Both the position numbers and the translations under genes were made by a program. A DNA stretch of 59,382 bases, filler included, from Dimargaris cristalligena (taxonomy: Eukaryota): NCBI GenBank assembly GCA_003614675.1. It is 5 parts of 5 records of this genome, joined end to end, with 100 filler letters (N's around TTAATTAATTAA, not from the genome) between each part and the next. Parts side by side here need not be neighbours in the genome. Positions count along the whole stretch, not along the records: positions 11,916 to 23,729 come from ML003084.1; 4 more parts are not named here. One strand, given 5' to 3'. Of the stretch, positions 12,207 to 23,829 are shown piece after piece. The stretch's first letter is position 1; every line of letters starts with the position of its first letter. The notes beneath the pieces were generated by a model, which saw only the letters and a program-made list of their open reading frames with translations, was not told the DNA's origin and did no database searches.

Positions 12207-14706
12207 TTAGTGGGACGGTAGGGTAGGTCGAGACGAGAATGCTTCACTAGTCTTAAAATTGCCAATGATATCCTCTGCTGCATACAGCATTTCCAGCGTC
12301 ATTTGGTACACCTCCGAGTCTTCGCTGTTATACATGAGCGCATTCTGGAGCATCAGTAGAATGTCGCGGTGAAATTCGTCGGTGGTCGTGATTTTCTAAA
12401 TTGGGAGAATATGTTAAACAGCAGGGTAAAATTGGCGGGAAAAAATGGTTAGAGAAAGGCGTAGCATCGGGAAATAGTCGCCTGAGAATGGGCGTATACC
12501 ACACTGGCGGAGAGGCAAAGAAGCTACGGGCGAGGAACTTACATCGTCCCGAATGCGCAAGCGGATGGTCTTCAAATCAATGGGTCGCTTAATTATATCG
12601 TAGTAACCGGGCGCGTCCTGAGCCTTGATTGGAATGGTGAACAGGCTGGCGGAACGGTGGTTGGCAATATCCTGCCAAATCATGAAAATCAGCTTCTTCC
12701 AGTTTTTGAGCTTCTTGTCCCCACGCTGTTCGGTGGCATAGTCGCTGTCTTCGGGAATATCTGCTTCGTCGGCGGACTCGATCCCCTCCGTCTGACCCGG
12801 CGGCTTAGCATCCATGGTAAAATCGGCCGTTTCGGAAGGGGTTTCCTCCAGAAAGGAAGGGGACGTTGGTTCGGGCTTAACATCGGACTCATGGGCTGGG
12901 GATCCGGCGCCCGATTGCGATTCTTCAGCCAAAATGGGAGTTTCTTCTACCAGTGATACGGGCGTTTCCTCAATGATTCGGGCATTAGAATCGGACACAT
13001 CAGTAGGGCTAGTTTCATCCTGGATTGACTGATTGACAGGGCCGCTATCACTGGAGGCGGGCGTATCAGGCTGCATTGCAGGTGTACCATCGTGGGTGCT
13101 GTTCGCTGACCCGTAGCACTCCTCATCTTCGGGTTCGCTTTCTGATTTAACCGACGGGTTATCCACTGAAATCGATTCTTCGAGATCCTCTTGGAGGTTC
13201 TTCATATCCTCGGGGTTGTTCGAAGGCGAACTGGTTGAGGACCGGTCCGAAGCTGATTCGACAGGAGGGGGTGGGGGAGAGTGGGCCGCAGGGGACGATG
13301 GGCTAGTGTCCTCTCGGTCCACATCAGACTGATCCTCCACTGACACCGATTCGGCCAGGGTTGGCTGGACCTCGGGCTCATCAATGTCCATGGCATCTAG
13401 ATTATGGGGTTCTGTCGAATTAGTCGGGTGTTCATTTTGCGAAGGTTTTATAAGTTCGATGGCAGTGTCGGATACCGATGGCTCTAGTTATAAGAAATTG
13501 TTCACATGGTAGTTTCGGCAATATTTTATGGGCGGGGTCGGAACAGGGAGAAGCACAGTCTAGGATATTCTAGTTAAGTCACGAATAGTCAACATGGCAC
13601 CAGGACAGCTCATTTCCTATACATGCCACTATAATATATAGGCAAGCCTAGACAAAACCAATTCGTCCTATAGGTCAACTTACGTGATATAGTGTCTGGA
13701 AATACCTCGTGGATTAGCTTGCGTTTGGTCTGCCGGTCAACAATTTCGGTGATTTTCCGTTTCAGCTGGCTCACTTCGAATTGGCTATTATTGATGGAGT
13801 CTAGGTCGGAGACTAGGCGCCTGATTTGAGTGGGGGAGTAGAAGGGGGATTGAAGTAAGAACCAATACTTAAGTATATATTGAATGATGTCCGGTTTGAC
13901 TGTCTCTGTCGAAGAATAAAGCCGATGGGCCCGAAATTGCGGGTTCTAACTAACCCACTTACTTGAATTCATCGCGGTTTTCCTGCGCCTGGCGCTCTAA
14001 TTCTTCAATGTACTTCTTTCGGATAATGGCTGCTAATTTTTCGGTGACTGAGAGGGTTTAAAAAGAGATGCCAACCATTTAAATTCGGAATTTAGTAAAC
14101 CTGGGTATGGCTTCCAACCAGTATTCTCCTGCGAATTCAAATATTCGAAGCGGCATCATGGACCAAGTGAGTCAATACCGTAGCATCAGCTGTACTGGAC
14201 CAAAACCTGGTTGACAGTGGGGAAATAGTGACAATCCTTACCCGAAACCCCTTCACCTAATTCTTTTCTGTTAACGCACGAGTCGGTTGGAAGTCAGATA
14301 TAGTATAGTTAAGCAGTGTTTAAGCATTAGTACCAGAATCGGTGTTTTGTTAGAATGGGGGGCATTGGGAGAGCAGAGCTCTATAAGAGCAGCCGGCATT
14401 CTGGGGAGTAAGGAGCCAGGGACGTAGTAACCCAACAAAGCAACAATAGACTTACAATGCATCCGCGTATTCGGCTACCAAGGATTCATAGCGTTGTTGG
14501 CATTGGCCGGGGGATAGATTAGTATCCATGAGACACTTAACGAACTTGGCGTCGTTTGCGATCCTGCGCTGGGACGAATGGGTGATGTTAACTAGGGCCT
14601 CTGCAGTAGCTTGGGCGACCTGTTTCCAGCCATTAAGGCCATGTCGAAGGGTGGCATAGAGAAGCAGAAGTGAAATGCGGGTGGTGTAAAAACCGGGCTG
14701 AGTCAT
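12207..14706 (-). CDS. BRD8-like bromodomain protein (N-terminal SANT/Myb-like region, acidic linker, C-terminal bromodomain); 6 exons (14706-14456, 14267-14242, 14047-13963, 13820-13684, 13483-12543, 12395-12207)
   Basis: In-frame splicing through a 26-nt microexon; N-terminal LLLLYATLRHGLNGWKQVA...SPGQCQQRYESL and bromodomain WKKLIFMIWQDIANHRSASLF...APGYYDIIKRPIDLKTIR...EFHRDILLMLQNALMYN. Confidence 0.8.
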
Positions 14707-15859
14707 GGGGAAAAGCCGCTAGGGTGGATGGAGAGGTCTAGGGACTCTTGGGTTTTGGAGCGTAATCAAGGAATCAAATGGGCTGGAAAATGTCAATGGG
14801 AGGTGGATTTCTAGATAGATGGTTGACAGGTAATAAACAAACAAAGCTGGCGAAGAATATAAAATGAGCCGAATTCAAGACCAGGAAACAATCAACCAGG
14901 ACAAAGGGGAGCTCGCAAATTGGCTAATGAGATGTGGCGGAGTGACTTTGACTTGAGTGCACAAGACCAACACAAGAAGCACCTGGTGCCATCCCTACTC
15001 AACCGGTCAAATGACATAAAGGAAATAATGACTAAGCTACACTTGTCACTCTGATCAAGATATGGTGCGTTTTGTGCAGCAATGATATAAACACTCTTCA
15101 CTGAAGGCGCTGGAGTAGCCCCAGTTTCCATATAGTGGCCAGGAAATATTAGCATTACAGTAGAGCGTTAGTAGTGTGGTCAAAAAGAGAGTCACTATGA
15201 TAAGAAAAACTAACCCTCCGTTATTAATCGCATCACACTGGCCATTTTTTAGAAGCGGGGATTGTCAAGAGAGATCGTCTTTTCGTTGGCAGTGGCAGGG
15301 CCGGTTTATTGGTAATATCCAGAAATAGTTAATCGAGGGGTTTATATATTGAGATACAGCAGGGTGAATGGGGAAAACAGTGAAGATGTAGTACACTATA
15401 GAGAGAGGGAAAGGGTAAAGAGAGAAATTCAACAGACATACGAAATACATAGAATAATGTGTAAACAGGGCGTGAAAACAACACCAAAATCGTCGCCAAG
15501 CGGCTGAAGCGTAAATCCCGTTAAATTGAACTACATTGAGGCTGGCAGGGGACGAACCATATCGACCGTATAATAAGCATAGATGGGGGGAGTCTACTCA
15601 ACGCCAGTCTGGTCAGAATGGCCGATCCACCCGCCCCCACTCCCCGCGGAGACAGGGTAGGTGCGGGAAGAGGAGCTCATTGTAATAATAATTAACCGCC
15701 GGGCAGGTTGATGCGGGTCCAGGGGAGCAGGTGGTAAGATTGGGAATGTGGGCATCGTCAGGGAAACGAGAGGGGGAGAGGGGTCACAGACAATCTATTC
15801 AATTCGGGGATTACGATAAGGGAGGGAGACTATTATGAGATGCCCTTGGTGAGGACAGA

Positions 15860-16372
15860 CTAGCAGCCGAAGGTATTTTCACCCGAGTAGGTGATGTAAA
15901 GGAACCCGTCGTCGTCCTTGTACTCCTCGTAGATGGAGGACATGAGAGCAGCAGTAGGGGGCAGCACCTCATTAACGAAGATGAAGATGGCCTTCTCGGG
16001 GCTCAGCTTGATACGCTTGCGGATAACATACACAAACTGGCCCACGGTTAGGTCAGCGGGGACCAGGTACTTCTTCTTATCGATGGTAGGAATGTCGCTT
16101 TTCTCGACCTTTTCGCAAATAACGGGGATACGGTCGGGGTACTTGGTTCGGATACGGTCGGCTTCGGCCTTGCGCTTCTCTGTAGAGTAGAAGGGAGGTT
16201 GGAAAGATGGAATGTACAAATGGAGCCGAAGGTCCTTTAATGAGAGGGGGTATTGGTTAGTGAAAGAGCCATTATAAGCAGGTGCATTCTATAAAAGGGA
16301 CGCCAGTATAGAACTACTAGTAGAGTGGCTGGACATACCAAAGAGATGTTCATCCTTAAACTTGGAACGCAT
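15860..16372 (-). CDS. ATG8: Autophagy ubiquitin-like protein Atg8; 2 exons (16372-16339, 16179-15860)
   Basis: [60 protein letters not shown]...YSGENTFGC*, with the conserved C-terminal Gly. Confidence 0.97.
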
Positions 16373-17531
16373 GGTGACAGGCTGCGTGGGAGAAGGAGAA
16401 AGAGGTTAGATAGGTAAGAGGAGAGGGAAGGGAGGGGGAGGTATAGGCTATATAAGAAGGAGGGAAAGGGCAAGTAAGAAATAAAAGGAGGAAGAAGCAA
16501 AGAATGGAGAAGTATGCAGTATAGGCAATGGTAAAGAGAAGGAAAGAGTGTGGAAGAAGGTATGTGCCGTGCCAAGAACCCTTCGTTGTATGCGATAGTA
16601 ATAAGATGACCAAGCCAGAGGGAGAGAGAGAGAGGGGGGGGATATCATACCAGATAACATAGAGCCAAAAGTGAGTGAGGCGGCTTAGTAGATGGTGGTG
16701 GTTTAAAAGGAATCACATGATGGATCACCGGATGTGTGGGGTAACTGTAAAAAGGGTCCAAGACCCAAACTCCGCAGCTTCTTACAGTAATAACGCTCAT
16801 GCTTAATGTATGGGATTCCCTTATCAAAGGACCCGACTATTTATCCGATCGCACCACCCAAGTAGGACTCCACAGGTAACCAAAGTTAAGAGCGAGCGAA
16901 GGAATATCGAGAATGAGGAATAAGGAATAGGGAATTGCAGAGGAATAAAGGCAAGGAAGGACAAGCGCCGCGGGTATCGGTGATTCTCGTCTAATAATCA
17001 TCCCTATTACTGATTCTCCACGGACTACTTCTCTACTGGCGGTAGTGACCGTGGTAAAATTGCCACCCCACTTTTTATATATTACCATCAATGCCTAAAA
17101 CAGCCTTTTAGACGAGCCGGCCGGACCTGCACAACATAGCGGGGGACCGATGTAGAACTTCTTCGCATACACACAGAAAGGGGGGGCGCCCCCCCAGTTA
17201 TTATAGTCTATTACCTGAGCCTCCCCTCCCAACTTCTTAAATTCGCTGCTTTTGGCTATTTGGGTTTCGTTGTATGCTCTCGCTGGCCTATTTTTGTAAA
17301 CCTTACTCACAACGCATATACCCTTTTACACCTCCATTGTCGTGAACCGGCGTGTCGTTCGACTATTCCTCCTTTCTCTTATCGCCGCTGATTAGTTTTG
17401 TTTTGTTTGGTTCAATCTTAACTTCTCCTAAGCCCGCTTTCTCTTTATAGCGTCAAGTACCCACTAGTTTATCTGCTCCTCTGTCCCGTGATTCGCAATC
17501 CCCTTTCACCCTTCCTCGCTGGTCGGTTGTA

Positions 17532-20500
17532 ATGGCCGTACCTATCGAACCCACCGCGATCCGGGCCCTCACGTACCACCGCCCTGTTGCCCGGACCCTT
17601 GTCGCGGCCAACCTGGTCGTGTCCCTGGTTCAGTTGGGTCGGGCCCCATGCGGCATCTCCCTGGTCCAAACCGTGTGGTGGCTGTTTGGCTGCCACCAGT
17701 GGGATGTCCCCGGTGAACTGGTCCTGTCCCTACCCGTGCTGGACCGCCTAGCCACCTCCCCACTGGGCCCCTTTCTGCGTCACACCACACGCACCGGCCC
17801 CGGCCCCCGTCTGCCTGCGTCTGGCGCCGCCCTCACCTGCCTACTGGTTTCCGGCATCGGCCTCCTGACCTTATTGCTATCGCTGCTAGTGGCCCCGTCC
17901 GTGGCCCTCCTGGAACTATGGTCCCATTGGCTATCTGGCCGGTTGTCCTCAGTGCTTGCTTTTCCATTCACCGCTCTGCTCACCGCGGGACAGTACATGG
18001 CCTGTTGGTGCCTTCCGGGATTCACCCTAAGGTCCACCGATACTGCCGTTCACCTCCACTGGTCCCTCTCATGGCTTTCGCTGGCCCCCATCGCCTCCTA
18101 TCTGGTTCTCTGGGGCGTGGCCCAGATCACCCACAGTCTATACTGCGATGTCCGAGCCTACGGCGAGCACATTATTGGACTACCCACCCCCGCCAGTTCC
18201 CCGTCGCTCTCCAGTGTCAAGGACAACCAAGGCTATGCCGAAGACGATGCTACCCAGGGCATCAACATCCGTAAAGCACTCTTTAGGTCCACCCAGACTC
18301 TAACCTACTTGGAACAGCAGCTCACCCCCACCGTCCTCATGTCCAATCAAAACCGGCCCGAGCTACTGGCCTCTTGTTCCATTCCTATCCCTACGTCGGT
18401 TCTACTAGCCGTCCATTCCTTCATCCAGCACATTCGTTACCTGGGCAAGCTGCTGCCGGACCCCATTCTAAATGCCCAGCTCCATCCCGGCACCGACCCG
18501 GCGCTATTGCAGGACGTCCAGCTCATGGACCACAACTACACTATGCGGGACCACAAATTATGGACCACCTTTGACCTCGTTGATCTTATCCAAGTAGTGG
18601 CCGATATCCATGCCGGATTAAGCGCTGTTCTCGATCAGGAAGTCCTCCTGGGTAATGCCATTCGCGTCCAGACCCAGCTGGCCGTCTCCGAACGGGCATC
18701 AGTCACCTCGAGCACCTACGTCTCGAGCGATCCCTTAGATAGTCCTCACCGGGACATGGCGGCCTGGGTCCATGGTCCGTATGACGGCTGGTACCATATT
18801 CTGTGCGCTACGCTTTGGGCCATCCTAGTATCCTCACCTACGAGTTCATGCGTCGAGTTTGGTTTCTTATTGCAACCCGCCGATCCCAGCAGTCCCAAGA
18901 AGCGGCAGCCTTCACCACGTCCCTCCGGACCCAGCACCACTTTCCAGTGGATACTGCGGCTACGGGACCGCACTACCAAGCAATTGGTTGATCCCACCGA
19001 GGTCGAGGCCTACCAGATTCAGTCGACGCTGCACAGACTATTAACTGACGTCCGCCTCTTTTTACGGGCGGCCCAGATGGGATACTGTACTACGGAATGG
19101 GTTACTCTACCTACCCCCCATACCTGGACTTTGCCGGTCACTCCAACCACCACCCCGGCCACAGTGTACCCGGCTTCCGAGGCCCTCCCCTCTGGCCAAT
19201 TCCTCCGGGCCCTCTGTATCCATATAAACCTTCCCTTTGAGTCGTTCTCCCATACCGACCGCGCTTCTCCCAGCCCATTGGTCGCCACTCCCCGGGCCCG
19301 GGCGGCGTATCCCTCTCACATCGCCGACCCCCTTGACCAGATTCGCTCGCGGCACCACCCGTTTCAACGGTCCCAGTCTGAACCCAGCCCTACCCCAGTG
19401 GACTCGACCGAGGCCTCGGGTTATTTTCCTTCTCCCGGCCAAGCTGTACCCGAGCCCCCTTTGGCACCCAGTTCACCGTCGATTACTGACGTCTCGCATG
19501 ACCACATTGCCTCGTTTCTCCAGAGTCTGCGTGGCTTTACCATGTCGTTGTATTATTCACCCCAGTCCTTGTTCGCTGCCAAAATCATTGACTTCCTAAC
19601 CCACCGGTCCGATGTCAAGTTGAAGCCCTTTATGATTGACGAGCAGTCTTCCCAATCCCCAGGCCAAGCCGCTGTTCAGGTCAAACTAACCCGACCCAGT
19701 GGTAATAAACGAACCAGGGTAGCCGACCTTAATAGCGGAAGCAACCGTAACCGACGTGAATCTCAGGGGAATCCTGCCAAAGATGCGGAGCGGCGCCCCC
19801 ATGCATTCATTATTATCGATGATCACCTGCCCACGCTGGAACACCAGTTTATGCAGCTCCGCAACACCCTATCCTTCGATTATACGGCCAACTCCCGGGG
19901 TTCCCAGGCGTCCCAGTCCAGTATGGCCGGTACCCCCTACGGCTCCTTGTCGGCGGGGTTCCCGTCTCCCTGGTTCAGCACCTCCGGCTCAAACGGAAAT
20001 GGGCCAAATCCCCATGCATCCCCCTCGTTGAACCCACCCGCCCAACACCGTTTGAATGTATCAGCATCCACCATTCGGGCGACGTCTATCATTTACTTTA
20101 CATCCGTCGGCAACTACAAGGAGGTTAAAGCGGTTCTGCATAGACTCCACTCCACTCCACACGCCCTACCGGCCCCCGATGTCCTGGTATTGCCCAAACC
20201 CGCGGGAACCAAGCGGTTTGTCTCCGCCCTCTATGTCGCACTGCACCGACCGGTCCTAGATAGTACAGTTAATTCCACTGCTGTGTCACCGCCAGTGATG
20301 TCTAACCATGGCACTGGTCCGTCGTTCCTAATGGGAGGGGCCCCGACCGCCTCCTACCCGGTGGTTGCAGGTGCCAGCCCACAACAACCACACGAACTTT
20401 ATTCTAATCCTGAACTGGGTTCGGCCAATCATCCGCTAGGGAGTTATTTCCCCCACCATTTCAGCCCAGCCTACCAGAACATGCCGCCCGCTAGCTACTT

Positions 20501-22196
20501 CGCCCCGGAGGTCTTGGCGACGCCCTTCTGGCCCCTGCCAACGGCACCGGTTCCTCATTCTGCCGCCGGTGGGGAACAAGGCAGGCCTACCTCTTTCCCG
20601 GCTACAAGTGCACATGTGGGCCAGTTGGGGGGAATAGTAAACTCCACGGCGCCCCGCATATCTCCTACGAAGCTTGCCTGGGAAACGGCCCACAAACCGC
20701 ACCCTTCGCTAGGCCCGAGACCTCACCCCATCCAGATTCCCGACAACAAAACTGCGACATCTCCTATTTCCCAAGTCCTGGATCACCACAATGGAAAGCT
20801 ACCTCTGGACAAATCCACCGAAGGGATTCCGACTCCGGTAACTCGACCAAGGGCATTACCAACCGAGGCCATCCACCCCCCTACCCCTCCTGCCCCACCG
20901 GTCTTGGACCCGACCACCCCTCCTCAGCCTATTCCTACCAGTCCGGCAGCCGCCCTAGGTACGTCCCCGCAGGGTGGTTCCCACTGGCATGTCGGATCTT
21001 TATCTTCCCCCGACTCGACCAATCCCACCCCTACGGGGTCTCCCAACCCGGCTGAGAAACCCGTCACCAAGACCGGCAGCCGGATGAAGAATCGCCTGGA
21101 TCAGATCCGTAAGAACGCCGCCCGCCGCCGACTGGCCGCGGAGGGTTCAAACGGGCAGTTGGCCCAATCGCCGCTACAAAACGAAGTTAGCCAAATCAAC
21201 TCACCGGTGGTTTCCGGGGAAGCATCCTCGACCACCTCCACCTCGGCGCCTGCCAATTTTGACGCAGGGATGTCTACCACACCTCCGAGCCTCAGTTCCT
21301 CTCCCGTGGACATCTATAAACCGGCCCAGAATGCCGAAACCGCGTACTCCCTATCCGTCCCGGCCCTCCTGCGCGCTCAAACTGAAGGAACTGTGCCTTC
21401 GGCACCGCCTATATTGACCAGTTCGGCCGCCCATTTGTTGTCCAAGACTTATTCGGTCCGAGGGGCCGCGGACTTGGCCAATCGTGCCGATTCTCTGGTC
21501 AGCCTGGATTCGCGCTTCTCTTCTAACCCAGCCCCCACCATCCCACCCATCAAAGTATTGATTGTGGAGGATAGTTTGGTCGACCGGCGGATTATCAACC
21601 GCTTCATGACCAACCATGGAGTGCGCCACGAACTGGCATCAACGGGCAAGGAAGCCATTCGGAAATGGAACCAAGATGTCTACCATCTGGTATTCATGGA
21701 TCTTCAGCTGCCGGATATGAGCGGAATTGAAATTACCCGCGAGATCCGTCGCCTGGAGGAAAAGCGAATGCAAGATATCATTAACCGGCAAAACGGGCTC
21801 GGAGCGGGGGGGCGGGTGACTACCCCGTCGACCTGGTCCGCCAACCAGCTCAAACGGGCCGGAAGTACGGTGTTTGCGGCCGCCGATCTACCACCCGCCA
21901 TGTTACAACATACCTCGAGCGCGTTTCTATCCGCCAGTACCTCCGCCGATGCCGCACCCCGGACTGCCAATTCCCCTGCTATCATCGTGGCCCTGACGGC
22001 CTCGAATTTGGACTCGGATCGTATGGCAGCGTATGCAGCCGGGTGCAACGACTTCTTGATCAAGCCTATTGATACCCATTGGATGCGGCAAAAACTTTTG
22101 GAATGGGGGGCGATGCACGCCCTGATTGATTTCGAAGGGTTTAAAAGCTGGAAGGTCGAAGATGCGAAGCGGCGACAGCAGGCTAAGAAGGCTTGA
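17532..22196 (+). CDS. SSK1: Ssk1/Mcs4-like response regulator, 1554 aa, single exon, hydrophobic N-terminus
   Basis: C-terminal receiver PPIKVLIVED...YHLVFMDLQLPDMSGIEITREIRRLE...IIVALTASNLDSDRMAAYAAGCNDFLIKP...EWGAMHALIDF is diagnostic of Ssk1. Confidence 0.88.
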   Translation: MAVPIEPTAIRALTYHRPVARTLVAANLVVSLVQLGRAPCGISLVQTVWWLFGCHQWDVPGELVLSLPVLDRLATSPLGPFLRHTTRTGPGPRLPASGAALTCLLVSGIGLLTLLLSLLVAPSVALLELWSHWLSGRLSSVLAFPFTALLTAGQYMACWCLPGFTLRSTDTAVHLHWSLSWLSLAPIASYLVLWGVAQITHSLYCDVRAYGEHIIGLPTPASSPSLSSVKDNQGYAEDDATQGINIRKALFRSTQTLTYLEQQLTPTVLMSNQNRPELLASCSIPIPTSVLLAVHSFIQHIRYLGKLLPDPILNAQLHPGTDPALLQDVQLMDHNYTMRDHKLWTTFDLVDLIQVVADIHAGLSAVLDQEVLLGNAIRVQTQLAVSERASVTSSTYVSSDPLDSPHRDMAAWVHGPYDGWYHILCATLWAILVSSPTSSCVEFGFLLQPADPSSPKKRQPSPRPSGPSTTFQWILRLRDRTTKQLVDPTEVEAYQIQSTLHRLLTDVRLFLRAAQMGYCTTEWVTLPTPHTWTLPVTPTTTPATVYPASEALPSGQFLRALCIHINLPFESFSHTDRASPSPLVATPRARAAYPSHIADPLDQIRSRHHPFQRSQSEPSPTPVDSTEASGYFPSPGQAVPEPPLAPSSPSITDVSHDHIASFLQSLRGFTMSLYYSPQSLFAAKIIDFLTHRSDVKLKPFMIDEQSSQSPGQAAVQVKLTRPSGNKRTRVADLNSGSNRNRRESQGNPAKDAERRPHAFIIIDDHLPTLEHQFMQLRNTLSFDYTANSRGSQASQSSMAGTPYGSLSAGFPSPWFSTSGSNGNGPNPHASPSLNPPAQHRLNVSASTIRATSIIYFTSVGNYKEVKAVLHRLHSTPHALPAPDVLVLPKPAGTKRFVSALYVALHRPVLDSTVNSTAVSPPVMSNHGTGPSFLMGGAPTASYPVVAGASPQQPHELYSNPELGSANHPLGSYFPHHFSPAYQNMPPASYFAPEVLATPFWPLPTAPVPHSAAGGEQGRPTSFPATSAHVGQLGGIVNSTAPRISPTKLAWETAHKPHPSLGPRPHPIQIPDNKTATSPISQVLDHHNGKLPLDKSTEGIPTPVTRPRALPTEAIHPPTPPAPPVLDPTTPPQPIPTSPAAALGTSPQGGSHWHVGSLSSPDSTNPTPTGSPNPAEKPVTKTGSRMKNRLDQIRKNAARRRLAAEGSNGQLAQSPLQNEVSQINSPVVSGEASSTTSTSAPANFDAGMSTTPPSLSSSPVDIYKPAQNAETAYSLSVPALLRAQTEGTVPSAPPILTSSAAHLLSKTYSVRGAADLANRADSLVSLDSRFSSNPAPTIPPIKVLIVEDSLVDRRIINRFMTNHGVRHELASTGKEAIRKWNQDVYHLVFMDLQLPDMSGIEITREIRRLEEKRMQDIINRQNGLGAGGRVTTPSTWSANQLKRAGSTVFAAADLPPAMLQHTSSAFLSASTSADAAPRTANSPAIIVALTASNLDSDRMAAYAAGCNDFLIKPIDTHWMRQKLLEWGAMHALIDFEGFKSWKVEDAKRRQQAKKA

Positions 22197-23556
22197 TTCA
22201 CTATGCCTTTATGGGGCGACCTTAGAAAAGGTGGGTGTGAATTCAGTCCATATCTGATACAATAGCTACATTTCTTATGCGAATGCATTTTCAATCTACA
22301 CCACCCATCCAGTCCACTCTAATTGCCGCCTATCCCCTGGATAAGGACGACGCCTCTTATTTCCATCTATTGGATGACTATCATCACCGAATATATCCTT
22401 TGAGTAATGGCCTCACATATTCCGCGTTTCACAACCTCTGTCGTCTATACCCCCGACTATTTTACCCACTCTTGTCGCCCTTTTGGCAATCTTCTCTATT
22501 ACTCTTTCATATATTTTTTGCGAACCACATTGTAATATAGTTCTCATTCCATGACTATGTCCATCATCTAATACTAGATTGTCATTTCTAGAGCACAAAC
22601 CACTGGCGTTTATCATAATATAGTTCAAGTTTTGAGGAGATCCTCTCGATCACCTTGGGTATGGCAGTGGTCCTTTGCTTCAGTGGAGTAATGATACTAT
22701 TTAGGGATTCACTCGATCACCTCGGTTTAAGGCATCTATTACCTCAAGCACAGGTGAATCGCTGTTTACTTTAGGAAGCCCACCAGTGAATGTTTCATCG
22801 CCACCTTATCGTAAGGCCCTAGAGCGATGTTAAGTAGCTCCATTTAGGACAAGTACCCCATTCATTACATGGTCTACATCCCGCCCATGCCTTCCATTTG
22901 AACACTGATACATCCAAGATAAAGAATGAGGCGGTATTGCATATTCCGTATACCCTCGGTAACCAAGGTGAAAACACCCAAAGGCATAGAGGGTTACGTA
23001 ATAGGGATGCAATATCGGAACTGCACATGTAAAATAAAGTATTGTCAGAGGTTTAGAGCCATTTTACTCTAACGGTCGACGTAACATTCGTCTAATTCAA
23101 CTTCAAATTCCACATTAGGAATGGGGTATCAGTGCAATGACCAGAGTCAACTTAAAAGGATTTACGGTCGGCTGTGGATCGTTTTATAATAGAAAAGGAG
23201 TAGTGACGGAGGCGATTTGGAGCAGCCTTTAGTTATAGGGATTATACCCACACCAATTCAAAATGCACTAAATTACATTAGCCTAGCCATTCAACGTATG
23301 GATTTATCTATCTATATATATATATAGTAGTGGGAGGGGGGGTGAGGAAGGTACTCCACTGCTTTCCACCTGACCTACAGCTGCCTTTTACCAGCTAGCT
23401 CGGTTAACCGTACCGGCTTCGTCACCACATAGTACAGGAGGAATATTCCTTAATTGGCGGTTGCGTTGCCGCTGTTTATTTCAGCGTTTCTTCTTACTCC
23501 TGTTATTTTAACCGTTACCTCGTATAGGCTGTTCAACGCCTGGCCATTTTGCTGCT

Positions 23557-23729
23557 ATGCTCGTATTCCTTCTCCAAGCGTGTATCACCACCGGTCTGTT
23601 GGTGACCGGCCTGCTTCTCATACTCTACTTAACCTGCTTGGTACTGATACCCACCGTGCCTGGCATTCAAAAGTACTTTTTCCATTTCTACTGGCTCAAG
23701 TACATTTCCACCGGCCACCTCGCCCACCC
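23557..23729 (+). CDS. 5' fragment of a membrane-anchored protein, possibly an ABHD12-like alpha/beta hydrolase; truncated
   Basis: Hydrophobic N-terminal helix followed by PGIQKYFFHFYWLK, loosely like the ABHD12 juxtamembrane segment; only 57 codons are visible. Confidence 0.3.
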
Positions 23730-23829
23730 NNNNNNNNNNNNNNNNNNNNNNNNNNNNNNNNNNNNNNNNNNNNTTAATTAATTAANNNNNNNNNNNNNNN
23801 NNNNNNNNNNNNNNNNNNNNNNNNNNNNN
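23730..23829. other. Artificial contig linker
   Basis: N44-TTAATTAATTAA-N44. Confidence 0.98.
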
